Positions 40,125 to 51,078 are shown, numbered from the stretch's first letter. The stretch is 64,000 nt of DNA from Candidatus Omnitrophota bacterium (GCA_030632085.1 DAOVJY010000001.1:142289-206288), one strand, 5' to 3'. Notes: a model not told the origin generated them from the letters alone. Translations and numbers: made by a program.

Positions 40125-40285
40125 AAAAACAAATCCTAAATCCTAAACAAATCTCAAATACTAATATTTAAATTCTAAACAAATTACAAATTCAAATTTC
40201 AAAGCCTTACTGTTTTGGATTTTGGTCATTTGAATTTTAGTATTGTTTAGTATTTGGTGCTTAGTACTTAGGATTTATTTCTCTG
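40125..40285. repeat. Second copy of the long imperfect palindromic element, between convergent TPR and priA genes
   Basis: AAATCCTAAATCCTAAACAAATCTCAAATACTAATATTTAAATTCTAAACAAATTACAAATTC ... TTTGAATTTTAGTATTGTTTAGTATTTGGTGCTTAGTACTTAGGATTT. Confidence 0.6.
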
Positions 40286-40286
40286 A

Positions 40287-42218
40287 TTAAACAGCGTCTA
40301 ATTCAATTATAATCAGAACTTTTGAAGGAGTCTTATAAGGCGTGAGAACTTTGTCTAAGGCGGCTTTGACAGTTTCAAGTTTTTTAGCCTTAATATCAAT
40401 TGAGGTCGCAAAAGTTTCCCGATGCCTATAAATAAAAATATCGGACGCATCCCGCGGATTAATTATTAAATCTTTTTTATTTACTTCATTCAATCTGTTA
40501 ACTAAATCACTTGACGCTTTTTGAACCTTTAACTTATCCTGTGACCTGAGGTGAACTTTGCTGAGCGAAAAAAGCGGAGGCAGTTTCAAATCTTTTCTCT
40601 CCTCAAGCTCAAACTCCAAGAAAGACTCATAATCGTTATTTTTTAAAAATTCCAACGCCTTAAGTTTAGATAAAAAAGTCTGAATTAAAAAATTAGGGTT
40701 TTTAGAAGCCGAATAGTATTCATTTAAAAGCGTAAACATAAATGAAAATGCTTTCTCCATACCCCTAAAATCATTCTGCTTTATAAGGCTCTCCAGGGAT
40801 AAAGTTGCCAGGCAATCAGTGTTGGTAAAATCAATACCTGCCCCTAATATTTGAGTTCCGATTAAAAAATCAATCCTGCCTTTATTAAAGGCATCTATTA
40901 TTTTGAACCTGTCTTTAATTTGAGAAGCTTCATCTAAGTCTAAGCGTTCAATTTTAGCGTTAGGAAATAAATAAGCTAAGTTGCTCTGTAGTTTTTGGGT
41001 ACCGTGACCGAAAAATTTAACGTAGGCCTTCTTACAGGCGGGACATATTTTTGGAACCTCTCGCGTGTAATTACAATGATGGCAAACGGCCGTCTTTTTA
41101 TCATAATGATAGCTTAAAATACAATCGCATCGGGGACAAGTTAATATATGCTGACATTTCTGACATTTTATGATACTCGCAAAACCCCGACGATTAAAAA
41201 CAATAAGCGCTTGTTTTTTATTATCCAGACATTTTTTAAGCGCCTCCTGGAACCTGAAAGACATAAACTTCTTGCGGGTGGTTATATCTTCTTCCTCGTT
41301 TAAATCTATGAGCTGAAAGTTTTTAATAAGCGGTTTTGTCTTTGGTTCATTTACAACTTGAATGTTTTTTTCTTTGGCTTGATAATAAGTTTTTAATGAA
41401 AGGTTAATACTTGCCTTTATTAGAGGAAAATCAGCCGCCTGGGCCCTAAATAATGCCGCCTGCCTGGCATCATAGCGAGGTGTATCAGGCCTTTTATAAA
41501 ACTCTGATTCTTCCTGCTCTAAAATAATTAACCCCAGTTTTTTTATATCTAAAAAAACGCAGGACCTGGTGCCGATAATGACTGAAGCCTTATCGTCGTA
41601 TAATTTCTCTAAATTTATCTTATTTAGTTTTTGAGACTGTTGGCTTGAAAAACATATAAGCTCCCCGCTTAAATCCCCCTCAAGTTCCCTTCTTAAGTAT
41701 TCAACACCAAAGGCATCAGGAGAAAGCAGTAATATTTTTTTATCCCCCTTAGATGTCTCTTGAATAATTTTCTTATAAATTTCTATCTTTTCACGAGAAT
41801 TATTAAAAGAGTATAAAACTTCTTTAAAAACAGTTTTATCCACACTCTTACTATTAGCCCCGCAAGCAGGATTCACTTTATCAAAATTCTTAATAATGGA
41901 CTTTTTGCTTTTTAAGGCAAAAGGGACACCGGCCTCTAACATTTGTCCCCAGGAACAAAAGTAATAATCGGCAACTTTTTTAGTTAGCTCAAGTAAAGCT
42001 TGCGTATAAATGGCCTCAACATCAACTAAACCTTCAATAGAACTTAGTTTTTTAAAATCACTTTTTTCTTTTAGGGCGACAACAAAGGCAATGGTTCTTT
42101 TACGCGCGAAAGAAACGTGAACCCTCTGCCCTATTTTTATATATTTGATTAGATTGTCCGGTATGTGGTAATCGAAAACTTTATTGATGGGTCTGTTGAC
42201 GGCAACTTCGGCTATCAT
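40287..42218 (-). CDS. priA: Primosomal protein N' (replication restart helicase)
   Basis: N-terminal 3'-binding domain, a helicase core and a Cys-rich zinc motif (CQKCQH...CPRCDC...CHHCNY...CPAC) are present. Confidence 0.85.
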   Translation of the reverse strand: MIAEVAVNRPINKVFDYHIPDNLIKYIKIGQRVHVSFARKRTIAFVVALKEKSDFKKLSSIEGLVDVEAIYTQALLELTKKVADYYFCSWGQMLEAGVPFALKSKKSIIKNFDKVNPACGANSKSVDKTVFKEVLYSFNNSREKIEIYKKIIQETSKGDKKILLLSPDAFGVEYLRRELEGDLSGELICFSSQQSQKLNKINLEKLYDDKASVIIGTRSCVFLDIKKLGLIILEQEESEFYKRPDTPRYDARQAALFRAQAADFPLIKASINLSLKTYYQAKEKNIQVVNEPKTKPLIKNFQLIDLNEEEDITTRKKFMSFRFQEALKKCLDNKKQALIVFNRRGFASIIKCQKCQHILTCPRCDCILSYHYDKKTAVCHHCNYTREVPKICPACKKAYVKFFGHGTQKLQSNLAYLFPNAKIERLDLDEASQIKDRFKIIDAFNKGRIDFLIGTQILGAGIDFTNTDCLATLSLESLIKQNDFRGMEKAFSFMFTLLNEYYSASKNPNFLIQTFLSKLKALEFLKNNDYESFLEFELEERKDLKLPPLFSLSKVHLRSQDKLKVQKASSDLVNRLNEVNKKDLIINPRDASDIFIYRHRETFATSIDIKAKKLETVKAALDKVLTPYKTPSKVLIIIELDAV

Positions 42219-42880
42219 TTGATTTTAAGATTTAATTCTTTCATTATAAGTTTCATGTCGCCCCAGACAGTGCTCTTTTCTTTTTGATTGCGTAATAAGT
42301 AGGCCGGATGAAAAGTAGGCATAAACTTAATGCCTTCGTAAACATAAAACTTACCCCTTAATCTGGAAATTGGTGTTTCCACTTCAAGCAGAACTTGAGC
42401 CGCGAAAGTACCCAGAGCGCAAATAACTTTAGGTTTGATAATCTTTATCTGACTTTTTAAGTGTGAAAGACAAGCCGTAATTTCGTCTCCTCTGGGATTG
42501 CGGTTAGCGGGAGGCCTGTCTTTTAAAATATTGGCAATATAGATATCTTCCCTTTTTAATCCCATGGCTTCAATAATCTTGGTTAAAAGCTTGCCGGACC
42601 TGCCCACGAAAGGCCTGCCCTGTAAATCTTCATCCCTGCCCGGAGCTTCACCTACAAACATGAGCCTTGCTTTGGGGCTGCCTTCTCCGAAAACAAGGTT
42701 AATCCGGGTTTTATAAAGAGGGCATTTTTTACACTTTAGAACTTTCGCTTTTAATTCTTCCATGGCCGCCGCTTTTTCTTTTTCATCAGAAGCACAATGA
42801 AATTCTTCTATACCTAAATTCATATCCGTCTCAAGAGACATTTTTATTTTTTTCAAATCTTCAGACAATTTCTTTTGCAA
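42215..42880 (-). CDS. Family 4 uracil-DNA glycosylase (Fe-S type)
   Basis: GEGSPKARLMFVGEAPG...FVGRSGKLL motifs and an N-terminal CKKCPLY Cys pair are present. Confidence 0.8.
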   Translation of the reverse strand: MQKKLSEDLKKIKMSLETDMNLGIEEFHCASDEKEKAAAMEELKAKVLKCKKCPLYKTRINLVFGEGSPKARLMFVGEAPGRDEDLQGRPFVGRSGKLLTKIIEAMGLKREDIYIANILKDRPPANRNPRGDEITACLSHLKSQIKIIKPKVICALGTFAAQVLLEVETPISRLRGKFYVYEGIKFMPTFHPAYLLRNQKEKSTVWGDMKLIMKELNLKIK

Positions 42881-43979
42881 TTTCCACCATCCTATCGGCT
42901 GCCTTACCCTGAGCTTCCGCCAAAGCGCTTTGCCTCATTTTTAAAAGAATATCCCCGTTTTTTAAAACCTGACTGATAAATTCCACTATAGCCTGAGGAG
43001 TTTTTTTAGCAACCACCGCTCCTTTAGATGCCAGATAAACGGCATTACCTTCTTCCTGTCCGGGTATGGGCTTGATAACTATAGCCGGCAAGCCGGAAAC
43101 CAAAGACTCTGTCAAGGTTATGCCCCCCGCTTTAGTGATAATCAAATCACAGACCTGCATTAGCTCATCCACATTATCGGCATAGCCCAACAAACTAACC
43201 TCAAACTCCAATTCTTCGGCGCAACCCTTTAAATTCGCAAGCAATTCCCGATTATAGCCGCAGACAAAAATTAAACCTAATTTATCTTTAAAATCCGCGA
43301 GCTTTTTAAGTAAATACTCATAAGGGCCCACCCCAAAACCGCCTCCCATAATCAGGATACGCAGTTCTTTATTTTCTAAATTCAGTTTTTCTATTATGGA
43401 CTCTTTGTCCTTAATAACCGAAAACTTTAAATCAACGGGAATGCCGGTTACCTCTATTTTCTCTTTAAGGACACCGTCATTGATTAAGTCCTCTTTAGTG
43501 CGTTCACTGGCCACCAGAAACTTATCAGTCTCTTTACTCAACCAATAAGCATGCACGCGGTAGTCTGTAATTACAGTTACAAGTTTACTTTTGATTTGAG
43601 ACTTTCTTTTAAGCTCCCCCACCATAGAAGAGGCATAAAAATGAGTTGAAACAATAACGTCAAATTTCTCACCTTTAAGGTACTTTATAAATTCGGGGCA
43701 ATTACAGCTTTCAATAAATAATTTAAGCTTTTTTGTCAATCGGCAAAAAATCCGGTTGTTAGACATTAAAAAAAGCAAAGCCCAAATCCAGGTTAAATGC
43801 TTGACGGCAAAGATATATAATCCGGGATATGCCACCCGCGTCAGTGAGTTACATTTATCAAGCATATCCAGATAAACTATCTCATCAGACGTGTTTTTGG
43901 CTTTATAAGCGTTGTAAATAGCTTCAGCCGCCTTCTTATGGCCAATCCCGGCGGAAGCATAAACAATAAGTGCCTTCAT
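42861..43979 (-). CDS. GT28-family glycosyltransferase (MGDG synthase / UgtP-like)
   Basis: The N-terminus ALIVYASAGIGHKKAAEAI and the C-terminal GT-B domain resemble diacylglycerol glycosyltransferases. Confidence 0.6.
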   Translation of the reverse strand: MKALIVYASAGIGHKKAAEAIYNAYKAKNTSDEIVYLDMLDKCNSLTRVAYPGLYIFAVKHLTWIWALLFLMSNNRIFCRLTKKLKLFIESCNCPEFIKYLKGEKFDVIVSTHFYASSMVGELKRKSQIKSKLVTVITDYRVHAYWLSKETDKFLVASERTKEDLINDGVLKEKIEVTGIPVDLKFSVIKDKESIIEKLNLENKELRILIMGGGFGVGPYEYLLKKLADFKDKLGLIFVCGYNRELLANLKGCAEELEFEVSLLGYADNVDELMQVCDLIITKAGGITLTESLVSGLPAIVIKPIPGQEEGNAVYLASKGAVVAKKTPQAIVEFISQVLKNGDILLKMRQSALAEAQGKAADRMVEIAKEIV

Positions 43980-44521
43980 TTAATATCCTCGCTAAGGAGC
44001 CATAAAACCGCATCCTTGAGATCTTTTTTAATACAATCGGGTTTGGTTTGCCAATGGCTTGCATCAACTTCTTTAGTCTTGCCACATAAGACCAATATCG
44101 TTTTACAGCCTATGTTTTTTCCGGCAATAACATCGCTTTCTTTATCACCGATAAAGTACACCCGGCTGATATCGATATCTTTTTTATCTAAGACTCTCTT
44201 AAATAAACCTGTCTTCGGTTTACGGCAGGAGCAGTTATCGCTGTCCGCGTGTAGACAATATTCCACCCGGGAAATTTTAGCGCCGGCTTTTTCGATTGCC
44301 TTAACCATTTTTATATTTACCTGATCAAGCTCATTCTCAGTATAAATCCCCTTAGCTATACCGGCCTGATTTGAGACAATCACAATTTCATATCCGGCCA
44401 TGGTTAAACGCTTTAAAGCCTCAAGGACACCGGGCAAGAATTCAAAATCCTCACTCCGGCTGACATAAGTATTTAAATCTTTATTTATAACCCCGTCTCT
44501 GTCCAAAAATATTAGTTTCAT
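43976..44521 (-). CDS. gmhB: D-glycero-D-manno-heptose 1,7-bisphosphate phosphatase (HAD-IIIA)
   Basis: FLDRDGVIN motif is present. The DxCxCRKP zinc motif reads DNCSCRKP. Confidence 0.75.
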   Translation of the reverse strand: MKLIFLDRDGVINKDLNTYVSRSEDFEFLPGVLEALKRLTMAGYEIVIVSNQAGIAKGIYTENELDQVNIKMVKAIEKAGAKISRVEYCLHADSDNCSCRKPKTGLFKRVLDKKDIDISRVYFIGDKESDVIAGKNIGCKTILVLCGKTKEVDASHWQTKPDCIKKDLKDAVLWLLSEDIK

Positions 44522-44734
44522 AATTTTACCAGTATAACCAATTACTTCTTTGGCTGTAATATGTATAGGTTATTAATGGAGATATCTTCAAAACCAGATA
44601 TCTCCAAAGCTATTTTTTGAGCTATTTGATTAATTTTCGCTTTAAATCGCGGTTTCTTTGGCATAACTAATAATGGCTGTACTATTCGGGACAGATATTT
44701 TCTATATCTCTATTATTGCTCTTCCTCACGTAAA

Positions 44735-45694
44735 CTACTTCGAATTTTTTCTAAACCATTTAATTGTCCGCATTATACCCTCTTCTAAATCAACTTTCGG
44801 CTTAAAACCGAGCAACTTGATCGCTTTGTCTATTTTAGGCACTCTTAAATAAACATCTACCCCTTTTTGCTGAAGATAGCTAATTTTGGACTTTGAATGG
44901 GTTAAGCTTATAACCTTTTTAGCTAAATTTAATATAGTAATTTGAGATTCAGCATTAGCTATATTAAATACTTGGTTTTTAGACTTATCTTTGCTTAGAG
45001 ACAAGAAAACACCTTCAAGTAAATCATCAACATAGGTCCAGGTGCGTATTTGGCCGCCATCACCACTTATCTTTATATTCTCATTCTTGAGGGCTTTTTT
45101 GATAAACACCTGAATGGCACCCTCGCCAACCTGTTGCGGGCCGTATATATTAAAAGGCCTCAGTATGGTATATGGCATTTTGTATTTTTTTGAATAGGCC
45201 GCTATCATATGTTCACTAAAGAATTTTCCCGTGGCATAAACCCATCTTGGCTCGCCTACTTTACCTAAAACGGCATCATCATCTTCTTTGACCTGATACG
45301 CTTTTGATCCAAATATCTCACTCGTTGAAAAATATAGAAATCTTTTTAAACCCTTTAATCCTTTTGCCGCTTCAAGCATATAATATGTTCCAATAGCATT
45401 TATTTCAATCGTTTTAACCGGTTCTTTTACAACAGTGTCTATACCGGCGATAGCTGCCAAATGGATAATATAATCAGCTTTAGGTAATGATTTTTTTAAT
45501 AACTCTAAATTTAAAATATCACCCTTGATAATTTCAACATTTTTATGTGAAAAAATGCTGGATTTAGACAGGGCATCTCTATGAAAATTATCATATACAA
45601 CAATCTTGTTTTTATCCGCTAAACATTGCGTTAAATGGGTACCGATGAAACCGGCGCCCCCGGTAATAAATATCGTTTTATTTTTTATTGTCAT
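44735..45694 (-). CDS. NAD-dependent nucleotide-sugar epimerase/dehydratase (SDR extended family)
   Basis: IFITGGAGFIGTHL Rossmann motif and a YxxxK motif (YATGKF) are present. Confidence 0.8.
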   Translation of the reverse strand: MTIKNKTIFITGGAGFIGTHLTQCLADKNKIVVYDNFHRDALSKSSIFSHKNVEIIKGDILNLELLKKSLPKADYIIHLAAIAGIDTVVKEPVKTIEINAIGTYYMLEAAKGLKGLKRFLYFSTSEIFGSKAYQVKEDDDAVLGKVGEPRWVYATGKFFSEHMIAAYSKKYKMPYTILRPFNIYGPQQVGEGAIQVFIKKALKNENIKISGDGGQIRTWTYVDDLLEGVFLSLSKDKSKNQVFNIANAESQITILNLAKKVISLTHSKSKISYLQQKGVDVYLRVPKIDKAIKLLGFKPKVDLEEGIMRTIKWFRKNSK

Positions 45695-46812
45695 TTGGCT
45701 GCCTTTCTATAAAAATTAGCTATCTCTGTTACAATTCTTCGTTGTTCAATTTTTGTTAATTCGGGATACATAGGTAAAGATAAGATATCCTTTGAAGCCT
45801 TTTCACTTACAGGCATGCTGCCTTTTTTATATTTAAGATTTTTATAAACTTCCTGAAGATGCAAAGGAATCGGATAATATATTGCACTTGAAATACCTTT
45901 CGCTTTAAGATAAGCACTTAGCTTATCTCTTGAGGAAGCTTTGATTGTATATAGATAAAAAACATGTTTATTCTCTTTCGGTTTAAAAGGAATTACGCAT
46001 TGCTTAGCTAAATCTTTAAAAAGCACATTATAATAATCGGCATTTATATTTCGGGCATCGTTCCACTTATCCAAATATCTCAATTTTACTCTTAATATAG
46101 CCGCCTGAATTTCATCCAAACGGCTATTATACCCGTTAATAAGGTGGTGGTATTTCTTTTGGCATCCATGTGATCTAAGAATACGAAGCTTATCATAAAC
46201 TTTCTTATTTTTAGTTACTATCATGCCTCCATCTCCGTAAGCCCCTAAATTTTTACTTGGAAAAAAGCTAAAGGTTCCGGCGTCTCCAAAAGAACCGGCT
46301 TTTTTTCCTTTGTATTCGGCCCCTATTGATTGAGCGGTATCTTCTATAACTCTTAAATCGTACTTTCCGGCTAATTTCATTATTGGGGCCATATCACAAG
46401 ATTGCCCATATAAATGAACCGGCATTATAGCTTTTGTCTTTTTATTTATTTTTCTTTCTATTTTCCGCGGATCGATATTGAAGGTCTTTGCGTCAATATC
46501 TACAAAAACAGGCCTTGCGCCAACCTTACAAATTGTTTCCGTCGTTGCCACAAAAGTATAGGGTGTCGTTATAACTTCATCTCCTCTGCCTATATCTAAT
46601 GCCGCTAATGACAGCTCTAAGGCATCTGTCCCCGAAGCAACACCAACCGCGTATTTCGTACCGCAATAGCGCGCTATTTCTTCCTCGAACTTGGAAACAT
46701 TATCACCCAAAACGAATCTACCTTTAGTCAATACTTCATCTATTGATTTTTTAATCTCCGGTTTTATGCTCAAATATTGCTTTTTTAAATCCAGCAGTGA
46801 TATAGATTTCAT
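45691..46812 (-). CDS. DegT/DnrJ/EryC1/StrS-family PLP-dependent sugar aminotransferase
   Basis: The family fold and a SFFPSKNLGAYGDGG Lys-PLP region are present. Confidence 0.85.
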   Translation of the reverse strand: MKSISLLDLKKQYLSIKPEIKKSIDEVLTKGRFVLGDNVSKFEEEIARYCGTKYAVGVASGTDALELSLAALDIGRGDEVITTPYTFVATTETICKVGARPVFVDIDAKTFNIDPRKIERKINKKTKAIMPVHLYGQSCDMAPIMKLAGKYDLRVIEDTAQSIGAEYKGKKAGSFGDAGTFSFFPSKNLGAYGDGGMIVTKNKKVYDKLRILRSHGCQKKYHHLINGYNSRLDEIQAAILRVKLRYLDKWNDARNINADYYNVLFKDLAKQCVIPFKPKENKHVFYLYTIKASSRDKLSAYLKAKGISSAIYYPIPLHLQEVYKNLKYKKGSMPVSEKASKDILSLPMYPELTKIEQRRIVTEIANFYRKAAK

Positions 46813-47393
46813 TTTATCTCCTTACATTTGATTTTATCTTCAAGAGCATATTTTTTTTTGCATATTTTACATTCTGCCTTATTATTTTCAAAATGTAATT
46901 TTTCACCACACCGGCACATCCATCCTTTTATCCTAGCCGGAGTTCCAAAAACCAAGGCATAATCCGGCACATCTTTAGTGACTACACTTCCAGCCCCGAT
47001 AAAAGCACATTTTCCTATGCTATGACTGCAAACAACAGTAGCATTAGCACCTATAGATGCACCTTCTTTAACTAATGTTTTCTTGTATGACTCGGATGTA
47101 TTTCTCGGATACGCGGAGCGTGGATTATTAATATTAGTAAAAACCATTGATGGCCCGCAGAAAACATCATTTTCTAAAATTACACCATCGTATACGGAAA
47201 CATTATTTTGAATTTTAACATTGTCTCCTATGACAGCACTTCCATGAATAACTACATTTTGCCCAATTTTACATTTTTTTCCTATTAGAGCTCCCTTAAA
47301 AATATGCGAACAATGCCATATTTGCGTTTCTTCTCCAATGTTGACTCCCTCATCTATAAAAGCTGAAGGATGTGCATAATATTTCTTCTTCAT
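46809..47393 (-). CDS. Hexapeptide-repeat sugar N-acetyltransferase with C-terminal Zn-ribbon
   Basis: Left-handed beta-helix repeats precede a CRCGEKL...CKICKKKY motif. Confidence 0.7.
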   Translation of the reverse strand: MKKKYYAHPSAFIDEGVNIGEETQIWHCSHIFKGALIGKKCKIGQNVVIHGSAVIGDNVKIQNNVSVYDGVILENDVFCGPSMVFTNINNPRSAYPRNTSESYKKTLVKEGASIGANATVVCSHSIGKCAFIGAGSVVTKDVPDYALVFGTPARIKGWMCRCGEKLHFENNKAECKICKKKYALEDKIKCKEIK

Positions 47394-47406
47394 TTCCTAA
47401 CCTCCA

Positions 47407-48426
47407 TTATAATCTAACAGGGATTCCATTCTTCTTAAGAGATTTCTTAGCAGCTTCTAAAACACGAACTACCCTTAATCCATCATATCCATCACTAAGC
47501 GGTTTCTTGTTTTTTATAATACAGTCTAAGAAATGCTGACATTCTAATTTAAGAGGTTCTTTTAAATCAAAACTTGGTATTAAGACATCACCATCTCTTA
47601 ATGTAATAGACTCCTCATAGGATACATATTTAACAGATAGATCTGCGCCTTTATCATAAATCCTTATTTTCTCAGTGGGTTCCATATCATCAAAGGCTAC
47701 CATTTTTTTACTGCCAACCACTGTTATCTTTCTAATTTTATGCGGGTCAAGCCAACTTAAATGAATATTAGCCATTCTTTTATTCTTAAACTGTAGATTT
47801 AAAAATACAACATCTTCTAAATCTTTTTGTAAATAATATTCTCCGCGAGCAGAAACCGAAACCGGTTCCTCATTAAGCAAATATAGAATAACAGATATAT
47901 CGTGCGGCGCCAAACTCCAAAGCGCATTTTCATCATATCTAATCTTACCCAAATTTACTCTTTGTGAATATATATAATAAACATTTCCTAGTTTTCCAGA
48001 TTCAATGAAGTCTTTAAGGTAATTTACGGCAGGATGATATTCCAACAGGTGCCCGACCATAATTTTCTTATGTTTCTCTTTTGCAATTTTATTTAATTCC
48101 TTTACATCCTTTACATGTAGACATAAAGGTTTTTCTACAAACACATGCTTGCCACTTAAAAGACATTTCTTTGCCACTTTAAAATGCGTTGACGCGGAAG
48201 TTGCCACAATAACTGCATCTATCTCGGGATTGAGCAATATATCATTAACATTTTTAGTTACTGAAACTTTTGGCAAGGACTTCTTTATTTTATTAAGCTT
48301 TTTTTCATCCAGATCACAACACATTAACAAGTTAGAATCTGAAAGTTCCGCAAAATTTCTAACTAGATTCTTACCCCAATTACCTACTCCTATAATTGCA
48401 GTATTAACTATTTTTTTTGCACTCAT
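47407..48426 (-). CDS. Gfo/Idh/MocA-family oxidoreductase (UDP-sugar 3-dehydrogenase-like)
   Basis: AIIGVGNWGKN Rossmann motif and the family C-terminal domain are present. It sits in a WbpB/WbpE/WbpD-like context with the adjacent aminotransferase and acetyltransferase. Confidence 0.8.
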   Translation of the reverse strand: MSAKKIVNTAIIGVGNWGKNLVRNFAELSDSNLLMCCDLDEKKLNKIKKSLPKVSVTKNVNDILLNPEIDAVIVATSASTHFKVAKKCLLSGKHVFVEKPLCLHVKDVKELNKIAKEKHKKIMVGHLLEYHPAVNYLKDFIESGKLGNVYYIYSQRVNLGKIRYDENALWSLAPHDISVILYLLNEEPVSVSARGEYYLQKDLEDVVFLNLQFKNKRMANIHLSWLDPHKIRKITVVGSKKMVAFDDMEPTEKIRIYDKGADLSVKYVSYEESITLRDGDVLIPSFDLKEPLKLECQHFLDCIIKNKKPLSDGYDGLRVVRVLEAAKKSLKKNGIPVRL

Positions 48427-49294
48427 TTGTTTCTCCTTGTTTTATATCGCTAATTTTCTTTTCTGCAATAGCCCAAATATCCGGCCCCCAGAATTTTTTG
48501 CAGGCAATTGAAATAAGATTACTCGACCCGTCCTCACACCAAATGCGCGATTTTAAGCCGGCCTTATTTAAATGCCTTTTTAGTGTTGCCGGAGTCTGTT
48601 CATTAATATGCATATCCAGACTGTAATTATAATAATCCCTGATATAAGCCAAATCAAGGTAGGCAATAACCTTTTTAAAAGTTCCACCACTTTCAGGAGC
48701 TTTATACGGTTTTTTGGCATTAAGCCTTTTAATAATGGTCGCCGGTATTTTAAAAAATCTCTTCAGGGGATATTCAAACCTGAGCCAATTGACATTAGGG
48801 GCTGTGTGAATGATAATTCTGCCTTTAGCTGAAAGATGTTTTTTAATTTTGGTAAATAACTTTTCAAGCTGTTCGTCCGTCAAATGCTCAACTATGTCCG
48901 TCAAAAAACAACAATCAAACTCCGCTTCTAAACTTAAATCTGAAACATTAGAACATAAAAAATTACTCTTGGCTTTTAACTCAAGAGGCAGTTCATCTAA
49001 GGCGGACCGGGCTATTTTTAAAGCATCCTGACTGTAATCAATGCCTGTTGCCGAGGAAGCTCCTTTTAAGAGTGAGTAATATACCAACTCTCCTCTGCCG
49101 CAGCCAATATCAAGCACACTTTCACCTTCTTTTAAGTCGGCTCTTCTAAAAACCTCCTCAAAACGGTTATCCATCTGCCGGCTTTTAAGGCTTTTAATGA
49201 AATTATCCAATTTGCCGTCAAAGGCGTTGGTATAATATTTACCGGCATATATGGAACTATTTACTTCAGCTTTTGACATCTTCATTGGTTTCAA
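48404..49294 (-). CDS. SAM-dependent methyltransferase
   Basis: VLDIGCGRGELVYY motif I is present. Confidence 0.65.
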   Translation of the reverse strand: MKPMKMSKAEVNSSIYAGKYYTNAFDGKLDNFIKSLKSRQMDNRFEEVFRRADLKEGESVLDIGCGRGELVYYSLLKGASSATGIDYSQDALKIARSALDELPLELKAKSNFLCSNVSDLSLEAEFDCCFLTDIVEHLTDEQLEKLFTKIKKHLSAKGRIIIHTAPNVNWLRFEYPLKRFFKIPATIIKRLNAKKPYKAPESGGTFKKVIAYLDLAYIRDYYNYSLDMHINEQTPATLKRHLNKAGLKSRIWCEDGSSNLISIACKKFWGPDIWAIAEKKISDIKQGETNECKKNS

Positions 49295-50042
49295 TCTTTA
49301 GTTGACGGTACTTAGCATAGGTTATGAACTGATATAGGCCCGCGAATACAGCTACCACCAGACCGATAAACCCATCGCGGTAACCTTTTTTTAATACATA
49401 CGCCCTAAAAGACCTGTCCAGCGTTTTTCTTAAGGCCCTCACTAAGGACATCTTGCGCTTGTCTTCAAACCATTTCTGAGCTTCCTTCGTTGTTTGATAG
49501 TTGAGACTGCCTAAAAAATGCCCTATATCTGGATAACCTTTATGAATAATATCCGATTTAAGATAACCGCACTCACCTTCTAAAAAAATTCGCGGGTGAA
49601 CTCCGGCATCTTCATATTTAAATTTGCTTTTTCTAAAAAGCCTTACCTTAGCTGCCGGATACCAACCGCCGTATTTAATCCAATAGGTGCCGATATAATT
49701 TCTTAGCGGAATACTATAGGCCGTGTACTCATTTTTTTCCGATAAAACCCTGCCTATCTCTTCTTTAAGTTCAGCTGTCACCGTCTCATCGGCATCCAGG
49801 CTTAGCACCCAGTCATTTTTTGAGAGGCTGTAGGCATAATTTCTATGCGTGCCTTCAACTTTCATTTTTTTAACTTCAACCTTATCGGCATATTCCCCGG
49901 CAATGCTGACTGTCTTGTCGGTGCTTTCATCATCCACCACTATAATCTCATCCGCCCAGCCCTTGACCGATTTAAGGCAATCGGCTATAGCCGCCTCTTC
50001 ATTTTTAGCCACAATTACAACTGATAACGCTTCTTTTTGCAT
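49266..50042 (-). CDS. Family 2 glycosyltransferase
   Basis: LSVVIVAKNEE...VVDDESTD...LSLDADE (DxD) motifs are present. Confidence 0.8.
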   Translation of the reverse strand: MQKEALSVVIVAKNEEAAIADCLKSVKGWADEIIVVDDESTDKTVSIAGEYADKVEVKKMKVEGTHRNYAYSLSKNDWVLSLDADETVTAELKEEIGRVLSEKNEYTAYSIPLRNYIGTYWIKYGGWYPAAKVRLFRKSKFKYEDAGVHPRIFLEGECGYLKSDIIHKGYPDIGHFLGSLNYQTTKEAQKWFEDKRKMSLVRALRKTLDRSFRAYVLKKGYRDGFIGLVVAVFAGLYQFITYAKYRQLKIETNEDVKS

Positions 50043-50046
50043 AGGT

Positions 50047-51078
50047 CTATTTTATCCTTTTTAGAGCTTGATGGAAGTTTAAAACTTCAGCTTTGTGAAT
50101 AAACTTTAGACGCCTTAAAATCTTTCTTAATTTCTCATTTCTGATAATAAGCATATTATATCGTTTTTTAAACCTTTTTAGTATTTTAAAAATCACTTTG
50201 ATATAGTAGACTGTACGGCCGTATGTAAGGAATTTTATATTGGAGTGTTTGATATCAATTTCCACCTTATCTTTGCGGGCAATTATGAACCAGTTAGCTT
50301 TATTCGCGAAGTCTAAAAAAGCTTTAATCTCATTAGGCCTTAACCCATCCGCCGCTTCAACAAAAATCCTTAGGGGCCTACCCCAACGTTCTTCAAAAAT
50401 TTTTCGATTGGCTTTAAATGTCTCATCGCGCCTTTTAAGTCCGCCAAAAGAAACATTTTCCTGATGATAAACATAACTGGCCTTAACGCGAGCCATCTTA
50501 AAACCGGCCTCCCTGGCCCTGCGCGAATAATCAGTATCCTCAAAATAACCCATACCGTAACTTTCATCTAAAATACCTATTTTATCAATGACTTCTCTTT
50601 TTATACACATACAGAAACCGCTCACCTGGGCCATTTCAACATACTCACCCCGGTATCTTCTTATTTTACCGGCATATTTATCTATATCCTTTAAGGGTAC
50701 TTTTTGGCCTAAGGTTGTACTTGACGGATTAAGGATGCCTAATCGCGGATTACTTTCAGCAACACTAATAAGTTCCCGCAGCCAACCTTTTGTTACAACC
50801 GTATCATTATTTAATAAACAGGCATATTTAGCCTGAGATTTTATCAGGCCTTGATTAGCGGCCTTTAAAAAACCCAGATTAGTCTTATTTCTTATTAAAA
50901 CAACCCTTTCACTGTTGGTATTTGTAAAATCATCCAGATACTTGCTTGTTTCATCATCTGAAGCGTTATCAATTAAAATAAGGCGGTAGTCCGCCTGAGT
51001 TCTATTAACAATACTTTCCAGGCATCTGCGGGTAATTCCAACTTGATTCCAGACAACAACGATTATATCACAACTCAT
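50047..51078 (-). CDS. Family 2 glycosyltransferase
   Basis: IIVVVWNQ...LIDNASDD...NNDT motifs are present. Confidence 0.75.
   Translation of the reverse strand: MSCDIIVVVWNQVGITRRCLESIVNRTQADYRLILIDNASDDETSKYLDDFTNTNSERVVLIRNKTNLGFLKAANQGLIKSQAKYACLLNNDTVVTKGWLRELISVAESNPRLGILNPSSTTLGQKVPLKDIDKYAGKIRRYRGEYVEMAQVSGFCMCIKREVIDKIGILDESYGMGYFEDTDYSRRAREAGFKMARVKASYVYHQENVSFGGLKRRDETFKANRKIFEERWGRPLRIFVEAADGLRPNEIKAFLDFANKANWFIIARKDKVEIDIKHSNIKFLTYGRTVYYIKVIFKILKRFKKRYNMLIIRNEKLRKILRRLKFIHKAEVLNFHQALKRIK

Noticed and set aside
40020-40140. CAAGATGCAAGATGCAA / CAAGTCACAAGCAAAAAAAC tandem repeats as a coding or CRISPR-like repeat
   Set aside because: Short, degenerate, non-periodic low-complexity sequence adjacent to the long palindromic element. 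It is treated as part of that element's flank.
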